Shown here in pieces: positions 40,038-50,530 of a DNA stretch of 64,000 nt (position 1 is its first letter; each line of letters opens with the position of its first letter). Below the pieces are notes generated by a model. That model made no database searches. It was not told the origin of the DNA and saw only the letters and a list, made by a program, of their open reading frames with translations. A program made the position numbers and the translations under genes. The DNA is taken from assembly GCA_030704615.1 (NCBI GenBank), contig CM060734.1, forward strand, positions 27,652,001-27,716,000. Reading direction: 5' to 3'. The DNA is from Takakia lepidozioides. Its lineage: Eukaryota; Plantae; Bryophyta.

Positions 40038-41430
40038 GAACGGAAATATGGTGCCGCATTTCCGTCCCACAGCTCCATGTATGAGATACAAAAGGGAAAT
40101 GCGGCGCCGCATTTCCGTTCTGGAATGTCGAAAGGTGCGATTCGGACGGAAATGAGGAACAACATTTCAGTTCCCGTGGTTCATGATTTTCAATGTGAAC
40201 GGAAATGCGGTACCGCATTTCCGTTCCCCCTTCACATACGTTAGTTGATGAACGGAAATGCCGTGCCACATTTCCGTTCGGGAAAGTATAGAGGTCTCAC
40301 CTGGACAGAAATGCGGTGCCGCATTTCCGGTCTGGAAAGTTTGAAGGTCTCACATGGATGGAAATGCGGCACCACATTTCCGTACCACAGCTCCAGGCCC
40401 CATATACAAAACGGAAATGCGGCGCCGCATTTCCGTTCTAGAATGTCGGAAGGTGCGACTCGGACGGAAATGCGGTGCCGCATTTCTGTTCCCGTTGCGC
40501 ACGATTTTCAGTCAGAACGGAAATGCGGTACCGCATTTCCGTTCTGTAGAGTATTAACGTCTGACGCTGGCGGAAATGCTGTGCCGCATTTTCGTTCCAC
40601 AGCTCCATGCCTCACATACAAAACGGAAATGCGGCGCCGCATTTCCGTTTTGGAATGTCGGAAGGTGCGACTCCGACGGAAATGCGGTACCGCATTTCAG
40701 TTCCAATGTTTCAGGATATTTCATCAGAACGGAAATGCGGTGCCGCATTTCCGTTCTGGAATGTTGGGAGGTGCGACTCGGATGGAAATGCGCTGCCGCA
40801 TTTCAGTTCCGATGGTTCACGATTTTCAGTCAGAACGGAAATGCGGTACCGCATTTCCTTTCTGGATAGTATGAATGTCTCAAGCGGTCGGAATTGCACT
40901 CGGCTCCATGCATCAGATACAAAATGGAAATGCGGCGCCGCATTTCCGTTCTGGAATGTCGGAAAGTGCGACTCCGACAGAAATGCGGTGCCGCATTTCT
41001 GTTCCCGTTGTTCATAATTCTCAATCAGAACGGAAATGCGGTACCGCATTTCCGTTATGGAGACTATGAATGTCTTTTAAGGACGGAAATGTGCTGCAGC
41101 ATTTCTATCCCTCAGCTCCATGCATCAGATACAAAATGGAAATGCGGCGCCGCATTTCCGTTCTGGAATGTCGGAAAAGTGCGACTCGGACGGAAATGCG
41201 GTGCCACATTTCAGTTCCCGTTGTTCATAATTCTCAATCAGAACGGAAATGCGGTACCGCATTTCCGTTCCACCTTCACATACCGTGCTTGCTGGATGGA
41301 AATGCGTTACCGCATTTTCATTCTGGAGAGTATAAAGGTTTCCCCGGACGGAAACTCGGTGCCGCATTTCCGTCGCTCTGGTGCATGACCAAGAAGCAAT
41401 ACGGAAATGAGGCGCCGTATTTCCGTCCAC
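40038..41430. repeat. Array of ~26 palindromes ACGGAAATGCGG(CG/TG/TA)CCGCATTTCCGT at a 53-bp period, between the divergent ParB and transposase genes
   Basis: Cores at 40050, 40103, 40209, 40421, 40474, 40527, 40633, 40845; register reset at 40934; then to 41411. A 212-bp higher-order unit is visible. Confidence 0.95.
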
Positions 41431-41839
41431 CAGCAATCGAAAGAATCACTCGGGACGGGAAATCTGGAACCTCAATGGATTGCATTGTTCCGAAACAACA
41501 TTGCGGCCAGTCTTGATGAGCACAACTTGGTTGTCTGACCGTTTTAACTAACAGTCCTGGCACTTGTCAGTGCGAACGTTCCTGTCTGCACCGAGAATAC
41601 TGCTGGATCCACCCTCAGGAGAAACTGTCAGGAGATGTTATTTCGTCGCCGAATCGGTCATCATTGTCATACTTACTGGCTATGGAATCAAACCTCCCAC
41701 CTTCATGCATGTAGCTTGAAAACAATACTTTCCACTTCAATGTGCGATTTCCAATCGTCGATGGACTCCGCATGGTGCCTGTGAGCCTTGGTCTGTCGCT
41801 ATACTGAACCTCGCACTTGCCAACTCCGTGCGGTGTTCG

Positions 41840-42835
41840 ATGGCTCCGAATTCCTACGCTATAGTTTGCTGTCCTCCGCAACTTGGGAGAGCCTGGATCC
41901 CAAACGAGGGAGGACTTTACAGAGTGACTGAAACTTACCTTTGTTCCAAATTCAAGCTCAAACCGGGCACAGTTTATTTGGAAGAAGAAAGGAAGGATGT
42001 TCCTGGACAGGTTGACGAGACCATTGTCGTGCTAGGTAACGACGGAGGTTGCGGAATCGAATGGCACGTTCCCCCATCAGACACCATCCTGTACCGAGCT
42101 GTGGGAATGCCCATTCCCTTTCCGAATCAGTCGCTGCCCACACCATCCACAAAGGAGTCCGGAAACCGAGAGGCGGCCACTGCCAACAGAGAGGTATGCA
42201 ACGATAATCATTCCCGACATGGACCGTCAAGACCCTCCATAGCTTCTCGTGTGGACGTATTCGACATTTCCGACGAGGAAGATGATTGCATTGAGGTACC
42301 CATGTCCTCCACACGGTCGTTCAAATCCGGCATGGACGTCTCTGTCGGTGCTACGCATGTGCCCTCGAGCATAACTCCAACCCGGTCCATTGTGCAGCTC
42401 CTACGACAACATCACCTCGATGGTTCTCGCTCCGAGCTGGCTGCTCTCGACTATGCCAAATTTCCAGTCAGAAAGGTAATGTTTCTGCCTCCCGAAGTCG
42501 ATGGCAATGTCATCTTTGAGTTTCCACCTGTTTCTTCGTCAAACAAAGCCTCCGGGATGTTAACAGACATGGATCGAAAGCATGACGGACACCCCTGGTG
42601 TGTGACGAAGACCAGTAGCACGAAAATTGCTGATGGTGTTCGTGTACGATATGTCCTCTGTGCGGGGAAGCTGAGGTGCCTCAATCCCACCTGCTTCCAC
42701 TTTCTCTCCAAATGAGGGCGGAGAAACGAGACGGATTGGACTGGCACAACGCATCATCCATTCATTGTCTCCAGCTAAGCTCCTGCGGGTTCTTTCAAGT
42801 GTGCACATTGCAAAGAACCACCGACGTGCATGTCT
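41840..42835 (+). pseudogene. Mutator-like transposase copy 3 (N-terminal part only)
   Basis: VTETYLCSKFKLKPGTVYLEEE, VDGNVIFEFPP and RKHDGHPWCVTKTSS...CAGKLRC are homologous to copy 2. Stop at 42715; truncated. Confidence 0.85.
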
Positions 42836-43212
42836 TGATGTGGATGAATGTTGGTTGGATGTTACATGCATGATGGCTGAGTGTGGGGCGAATGATGGAT
42901 GATATATGTTGGAACACTGGATGAATGACGGAGTGACAAATTTGGAATGGTAGAATTTCGGATAGTTGATGGATGGACATATGTTTTGGATGCATGAACA
43001 ATTTACGTGCGTATGTGTAAAGACTGGAAGTATTGTGGACCCACACAGATTGTATGAATGGACTTGCAAGTGAAGATGAAAAAATTTATGTCAGAAAATG
43101 TCTTATGTAGACAATGTTGGGAAGGGAGGCACGCAGTTGACGCAAGAGAAGCAATCTCCTCACAGTTGATTCCCTAGATATTCCTAAACAGGTGGAACCA
43201 ATCGGAAAATGT

Positions 43213-46200
43213 CTATGCACTGGAACTGTTGGTAGCACCGGACTCCGACACACTAATGTCCATAAAGATCCTAGCCCTGCTGTCCACCTTTTCTACACGA
43301 TTGAAGCAAACTAGAGGGGGAGAGTCGCAGAGAGTAAACTCCCTAGCAGCAGCCTCCGCATAGCATGGCAACTGTAGGGGGGCAGGTGGGCTCGGGAAAA
43401 ATTCCGGGATAACAAAGAAAGGGATGCTTCTCCTCGTTTTTGGTGTCCTGCAAAGATTCCCAAAGTTGCAAGACCAGTAAGCAGAAAGACAGGACCGCGG
43501 AAGGGAAATGCTTTGTGACAAAAATGAAGGTCTGAATAATGAAAAATCCAACATGTCATCCAAAACAAACCGGACTTACGTACACTCAAAGTCAGAGTCC
43601 ACGTCGAGGTCTTCATCTGGAAGTTCCCGCTCGTCGAAAACTGTTTCTTTGTGTGGGGCTGATGTTGAGCCGGAGGTGAGTTGTTGAATCTCGCATGAAA
43701 ACAGCTCCGCATCCCCCTCCATGCCGAAGAAGTGTCTACCATGGAATGTTGCACCTGCAAATGCACAGAACGAATGGTTAAAAACCACGAATCATTACAA
43801 AATTCAAGATCATAGATGTGGTAGAGCAGGAGACTTGGCAGGGCACACCTGTTCCCAAAGACAAGTCCACCACCCACCCCCCATGCCGGCTGCAAGTCTC
43901 CACTAGAGTCTGCATGAATGCTGGAGATTTCTCCCGAGCACCTCTCCAAGGGACACCATTCGTCCTTTTCAAGGTCCGCCCGGAGTCCACGTAATTGTAC
44001 AGGACATCGTCCCCCACAGGCTCGCAGGTGGGGTCGATGTGTGCTGCAAGGTCTCTCAACTGGAACTCCGCAATACCAGGAGGGAGGGTGTCCTTTCGCA
44101 TCCTCACCAAGCATAAAGCCTCAAACACCCGAGTCTGCATGCCTCCCCCCCCCCAAAAAAAAATTCAGTTTTCGAACATGCTTAATGAACTCAACCGAAT
44201 GAAATTACAAGAAGAGGTAGTTCACCATCCTGAACTCACCCTCTGTCCTGGGAACTCTCCCTTGGAAAGTGGAAGAGTGTTGATACACATCCATGTTTTG
44301 ATGACCTGAAGCCTTCATGTAACTGAAAAGGGTTCTGCGCGCCAACATGTCTTTTGCCTGCAAAAGAAGAAGTGCTCCTGCATCAGACAAAAATTTGTTG
44401 CTGAAGGAAAAAACCCACTGCCAGAAAAGGGCATCTGACTTGTTCCACGATGGCGTTGTGTTGGATAGGAGAACATCCGGCACAGGTGAACCATCTGGAA
44501 TGTCCAGGACCACCAGGTCTGTTGCGTACGCTTGCTGGCTTCCATTCACCCATTCAGGTCTTTTGGTGACCCGTTTCACATAACAAAAACAGTAGACTAG
44601 TTAGGAGCATAACATAATCTTGAACAAAGTGAAAAACACACCAGGCAAAGTTTTGTGTGGGCACCTTTGTGAGGAAAGAAACCAGGATGTCCCAAGTCTT
44701 CGATTTCTCTCCTTTGAATGTGGATTTTCTGGATTCCATCATTGCCAAGAAGCTATCGTTAATCACCTCACTTTCATACTGACCCAAAACCCGAGAAGGG
44801 TGCTCTCTGGCCTCGTAAGGCTGTTCTTTAGTTTTCGGAGTCCTCCTGTCCTTGCGAGTTGGAGAGGGCTGACGCTCCGTGCTGTCTTGCATAGCCTGTT
44901 CCTGCCCAGCCACAATCTTCCCCTTCCCCTTCCCATCACCTGCGCCCTTTCCTTTGCGTTTGGGAGTGCTACTTTTCTCCGGCTCCTTTGCTGCGAGGGA
45001 TTGAATTATTCTCTCCTGAATTTCCTTATCACTGAGTGGTGCAAGAGCTGCTGCATTGTCATTGAAGTTGCGCATGACCACCTCCTCGAATGGTGTGTCC
45101 TGTTTAGGCAAGTCCAAGTACCAGCCACAGTCTCTGAAGTGCACCCTGCCCCAGTCCTTCGCAATTCCCGCAGTGTACATTGTCTTGTCCTTAGTGGGGT
45201 CCGCCCACATGAGAATGAAATCCGGCTCATCACTGAGGTACTTGTCGGGAATGAGGACATGGTATATATACCTGGAAAACACACCCAAAAGAACAATTTC
45301 ATGAAGGCCATAGTCCATCAGACACAAAGGAAGCAGGAAAAACACAGTACCTCGATCAACCTTGCGTTGACGCAAGGTTATTTCAGCCATCCCAACGAAT
45401 TGCCAAAACCAACAATGAAAACACAAAATTGGTCTATTATGAGCAATGAACAACCTTGCGTCAACGCAAGGCTGAACAAAGCATTGAAGTACAACTTAAA
45501 TGTGTAGATAAAATCAAGCCTCAATTAACCTTGCGTTAACGCAAGGTTGAAATGAGTCTGTAAAATGAATATTGAGAAGTAGAATTTGAAACGAAGAGAC
45601 AATGGAGAAGAAGACAACGAACGGAAAATGTACTTCTACGTGCAGAGAAATCTCAAAAAATACTGTTCCGCTGGTCCTGCATCCAACCTTGCGTCAATGC
45701 AAGGTTGGGACATGCCTGGAGAAGTAGCATACAACAAACAGGGATATGTTCATGAAGTGCAGAATCATCAGCCCGAATCAACCTTGCGTTGACGCAAGGT
45801 TAAATTGCGACTAAAAAAGGAACGACAGACGATCAGAATAGCCTCACATTGGCAGTCCCAAACCAACCTTGCAACAACGTAAGATTGATTCAAGGAAGAA
45901 AAACGCAACCACGAAAAACCGCACTGAACAAACATGATACCTGTACAAGACTCGCTTCATAGCTTGCTCGCTATTGTACTGATTCTTGAACTCATTCGAC
46001 CTGGAAATGCCTTCGTCTCTTTCAAATTCCCTGAAGAAACAGTTGTTCCAAATTGCACCTGTCCATCTCCGAATGTATTGCTCAAGAGAGATTATGGGTG
46101 TTGTCATGGTGATTTTGTAGTCAGTCAAGGACTCTCCCAGTGCTACCATAGCACGCTTCTCCAGCTGTCCCAACAAGGTAAATGTGAGGCTACGGAGCCA

Positions 46201-47359
46201 AACAACACGGAATTATGGAAAAATGCAAACTGCAAGAATGAATGGGTAGTTTTCTCACTTGGCTCCAGAAAGTAGCTTTGTGAAGCCATTGGTCGAAGGA
46301 GTGGTCGCTCACCACTTTTATCACATTGGTTTTGGGGTCTTTCTCTGTTCTTGGAAACCCATACGTGTCCTTCACCAGAGGATCCAAGTTCCAAATCTCC
46401 AACCATCTGACTTTGGTTGTGGTGTCCACCATTGAAATGGACAGGCGATGCAGTTTCTCTTGAGTCATTTCGGGTTTAGTTCCATACTTGTCATAGTGCA
46501 CTTTCACCTGCTCCAGGAACTCTGAGCCGAGACCGGGATCTGCAATGCGGATTTGTTTGTCAAACGCACTCAGCAGGTTCTTTCTGTGGTTATCCATCTC
46601 AAACCTGATTGCCTCCGCCACCCCCACAACAGACCTCTCCTCCTCTACGTGAGTGGCGTAGTATTCGGCCTTCGCCTTCAAGCCTGTCTCTGCTATCTCT
46701 TGCTGCAAACAATCCAAAATATAGGATCCTTCAATTCACATCCATTGAATAGAGGGAACAAACTAGTCTGAATTTCAATTCGGTTTCGGTTTCTTTACCG
46801 TGTACTTGTAGTAAAAAAATGCCTCTTGTGTCAGGCTATACCATCTCCTTGCATCTCTTTATTTGACTTGGACTCAACACGTTCACAAACGATTCCAATG
46901 GCATCATACCGATCTTCTGGACCCATAAAAGGGTGTGGCAGAGGTTGGTTGTTACATGGGAGGTTTTGTTTGATCTGCATTGAACAATCACTTTGCCAAT
47001 TAAGAAGAAAACAACCACAAACAGAGCAATGCAATCACATAATGCACAACAACTTCGGAAAACTTACTTGTTGATGTCGTGCATGGCAGTCAGCAGCTGT
47101 GTGATTCATCCTTTGTGATCGAGGACCGTAGAATGAACGCTCCAGTGCCAATCCTTTTCGTTAGAGTGCAATTCGGATATGTAGTCCATCCAGACAAGCA
47201 ATCGGTGATTGCCATCCCATACAAAAAACATCTTCCCCATGAAAACTTTCGTGGAAGCCTTCTTAGATAGTTTGGCCTCGAACTCCCTGTTAACTTCACG
47301 CCAACATGGATCCCAACTTTGCTCAATCTCTTCTGATACATGGCACTCTTCGCCCTTCG
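43213..47359 (-). pseudogene. ParB/Srx-like + beta-class amino-DNA-methyltransferase-like fusion gene (copy C), multi-exon; 5' end cut by an LTR
   Basis: KMFFVWDGNHRLLVW (~47200); helical exons 46975-45920; TDLVVLDIPDG (~44500); WRGAREKSPAFMQTLVETCSRHGGWVVDLSLGT|G...GRHFFGMEGD. GT-AG introns are shared with copies A and B. Premature stop at 47106. 3' end approximate. Confidence 0.78.
45358..45886. repeat. Six intronic 22-bp palindromes AACCTTGCGTYRACGCAAGGTT
   Basis: Starts at 45358, 45452, 45527, 45685, 45780, 45865 (last one degenerate). Confidence 0.9.
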
Positions 47360-48108
47360 TGTCAGTTGTGGAAACATAGAATGTCGCGGCCCTTTGCCTT
47401 GAGGGCAGGGGGTCGGGACACGAGAGGGGCTGCCCCTGTGGTGGGGGTAGTGGTGACATTAGATGCGGGGGCTGAAGCACCCTTGAGTGCCCAAGGCACT
47501 CAAGGAGGCGGAGGCGCTCACTAGGTGGAGCCCCTGCACACCGGATCGCGGTGGGGGTGGCTCCACGAGGGGTGGTGTTAGCTTAGTGGGACTTAGTGGG
47601 GGTGGCATAGGACTCACCATAGGGACGGAGACCTTGTGGTGGGAGTCGTGGGGAGTCTTGGGACTCATCACGGTCCAATGGGACCGTGGTGGGTGGGCCA
47701 AGACTCACCGCGACTCATCACTGGGAATCGAGGGTTTTCGTGGTGGTTCGCCATAAAATGGCACGGTTGTTTGTGAAACCCTCGCGGATAGTCACAGAAG
47801 TATATATAGGGAGTAGTAACCCCGAGAACGGTGCAAGCCCGTTGGTGACCAAAAACTAGTGAGTAAGCGTGCGAGCCGGAAAGCGACCAAGGTGTGGGGA
47901 GCTATTCCGGACTGCCATCGACCAAAGGGAATTTCCACCAGGCCCAAATTGGGAGAGGGTCTTGTGGAGGAGTAAAGGGGGACCGTTATGTCCCGGTGAG
48001 CAGCCGAAGCTCCGAGTTGGCCCGGCGGCCAGTGAAGGAGTTAGGCGCGCGCATCAAAGCGAGTAATTATGACTTGAAGGGGAGCTTACCGAAGTGAGGT
48101 GCGCGACA
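47360..48108 (+). mobile_element. 5' LTR of a Ty3/Gypsy element
   Basis: TGTCA...CGACA termini, internal TATA-like gtatatatagg, followed by a PBS and gag. Confidence 0.8.
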
Positions 48109-48110
48109 CT

Positions 48111-48122
48111 TGGAATCAGAGC
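48111..48122 (+). promoter_or_regulatory. Primer binding site (tRNA-iMet type)
   Basis: TGGAATCAGAGC, one mismatch to TGGTATCAGAGC. Confidence 0.8.
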
Positions 48123-48163
48123 TTAGAGTTCAGTACGCGATCGTCCTTGGGATCGGCCTCATC

Positions 48164-49250
48164 ATGGGGTCGGGCAAGCCAAAGCGAAAGCGGAACGGCC
48201 CAAAAGATGATGATCCTAGTGAGCCCGATGGGGGCGACGTGTCACCGAAGCGGCCATTTGAGGAAGTGATGCATGCTTTTGAAAATGAGGCCACTCAAGA
48301 ACGGGAGGAATCTGAGGAGTCGGAGCCCGAGGAATCTCTGAGAGCTCCGACAAACCAACAGATGCCTCCCATGCCATCAGCCTTCTGGGAAGGGTTGTTG
48401 GCGCAGTTTGGCGGGACGTTGAAAGACGTGTTGAAGGCGGCTAATGTTACTTCCACTAAGGAAAAATTTAAGGTGAAGCCTAAGGAACCCGACACCTTCG
48501 AGGGCGTCCGAAATCGGAAGGCACTCAACACCTGGCTCTTGGAGCTAGAGCAGTACTTCCGGACGGCCAAGTTGAGTGACGAGGATCGGGTGGAAGTGGC
48601 TCCCACATATTTGAGGGGCTATGCTCAACAATGGTGGCAGAAACGCCTTCACGACCGAGATCCAAACCCGGAAACCTTGAACTGGAGCGGGTTCAAGGAA
48701 CTGATGAAGAGACAGTTTGTGCCCCTCAACGCGTCCTGGCTCGCCCGTGACAAGATGAGGAATCTGAAGCAAACGGATGACATTCGGGTTCAGGCTTTCA
48801 ATGTGCTGTTGCTCAAAGTCGCGGACATGGCAGAACTAGAAATGGTCTTCAACTTCGTGGCGGGACTGGCCCCATGGGCCAGACAGAAGTTGGAGGAGAA
48901 GCCACCTAAGACTTTGAACGAGGCAATTGAGAGGGCTGAATGTTTCTCAGATGTCCCTAGGGGCGAAAGACAAGGTTGTACGGAGCTGAACCACAAGAAG
49001 ACCCGGCGGGAGGGTGACTCATTTTGACCAGAAAAGAAGTGGGATAGGCCACGCGGCGACAATGGCACTTGGAAATCGAAGGGAGGGCCTTCACACGCCA
49101 AGACGACACCCGGTGCTCCGAAAGGAAAATCAGGTGCAACGCCTTATGGCGGACAAAAGGCGACCTTCGATGGAGTGTGCTTCAATTGTGGGGAGTCCGG
49201 GCACATGGCCAAGAAGTGTACGAATCCCCGACAATTGAATATGACTCGGG
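48164..49250 (+). pseudogene. Retrotransposon gag with CCHC knuckle, truncated
   Basis: KPKEPDTFEG...WLLELEQYF...YLRGYAQQWW...NWSGFKELMKRQF and CFNCGESGHMAKKC. Stop at 49027. Confidence 0.88.
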
Positions 49251-50106
49251 CAACCACGGAGTTGTCCGAACCTTTGGCTCTAATATGTGCATTAAACAGG
49301 GATCTGATAGGTTTTCAGGAATACCTCCACGATATGACTCCTCGGAAAACTCACAACGGGCGATTGCCTCCCGCGGGCGGTCGCCACCACAATTCCATCG
49401 GCGACCACTACAGCAGTCTGCGGTCCAGCTGGCGGTTTGCGGTCCTCAGCGGTCGGCGGTCCGGGTCACGGGACGGCCAGTCTACAAGCCAATGGGCGAC
49501 CGACGTGGCGGTCACCCGTCAGGTCTAGAAAGGACATGGTGCCCCGAACTAGCGAACGCGACCGCGGCCGTCGGTGGATATGAGAACGGCGGTCGCCGCA
49601 GGCGGAAACCCTCTACATGGGCGACCGCTGAGACAGTCGTCAGTTTAAACACAACACTGGGCGACCACCTAAACAGGTCGCCCAAACCTAAAATGAGTGG
49701 GCTGGGCGACTGGCTGAAGCGGTCGGCACTAGCAGGGTTGCCTGAGCGGCACCATGAGCGACACGCTATGACAATAACTCTACGGGATTATAGTATAGTT
49801 TTAACATGGTCTAGGTTACTTCTTGTGAGGTGCAAAGTCGCAATTGGACATCAGAGTGTGGATGGCATGACATGCACATGGGCATGTGAATTCATGGATA
49901 TGATAATATGATACGATATGTATGGCATGACCATATAATGAATGCCTCATGGAAATGAACAAGTGGGGTGTTGGAAACAAGTGGGTTGTTGGGAACAAGT
50001 AGGTTGTTCCGAACAAGTGGGTTGTTAACAAGCATATTTGGAAGATGCTTTAAAGAGAAGCATATTTTGGAAGATGCTTTGATTTAAAGCATCTTTATCC
50101 AACTCG

Positions 50107-50197
50107 TGTTGATGTTGTTAGGGGTGTAGAACTGGCCGAATGGGACGCGTATAGTGTGTACCATTCGGCCACTTCTACACCCCTAACAACATCAACA
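50107..50197. repeat. 37-bp-stem hairpin (one mismatch, 17-nt loop)
   Basis: tgttgatgttgttaggggtgtagaactggccgaatgg ... ccattcggccacttctacacccctaacaacatcaaca. Confidence 0.9.
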
Positions 50198-50530
50198 TGA
50201 ACAACATCAAGTTGGTGATGATAGGGTGAGACAGGGTTTGTTATGGGGCGGAACAGGGACAGGGTTACTGGCCGAAATGTATTCCATACATATGTATATA
50301 GTCTAATTTCCCCCTTTAGTCTTCTATGCTTTAGGCTCACCTTCACCATTTGATTTCGGTTCTTTAGTTTAGTTAAACTAAAAGAAGATATTTTGATTCC
50401 CTATGAAATTATTTGATTGTTTTTCCAAGGAAGCGATTCTGTGTGTGAGGGACGGTGCTGTGACAGTCGTCGAGACTGTAAGTTAGTTCAGCAGATTGGT
50501 GGACTCGGGAGCTTGGCGGATCAGGGGATC

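Noticed and set aside
40038-41430. CRISPR array (palindromic repeats with similar-length spacers)
   Set aside because: Spacers recur in a 212-bp higher-order unit, there are no cas genes, and the context is a eukaryotic transposon.
39756-41516. Many repetitive ORFs (GNAAPHFR, KCGAAFPF, EMRRRISV)
   Set aside because: These are translations of the stop-poor palindrome array in all frames.
36570-47359. Bacterial or phage contamination explaining the ParB/MTase
   Set aside because: The gene has conserved GT-AG introns, is interrupted by a plant LTR element and lies near an intron-rich plant gene.
49290-49790. GGCGACC/GGTCGCC-rich segment (and similar 25660-25920) as a defined DNA transposon
   Set aside because: It looks like subterminal repeats, but no paired TIRs or TSD could be identified.
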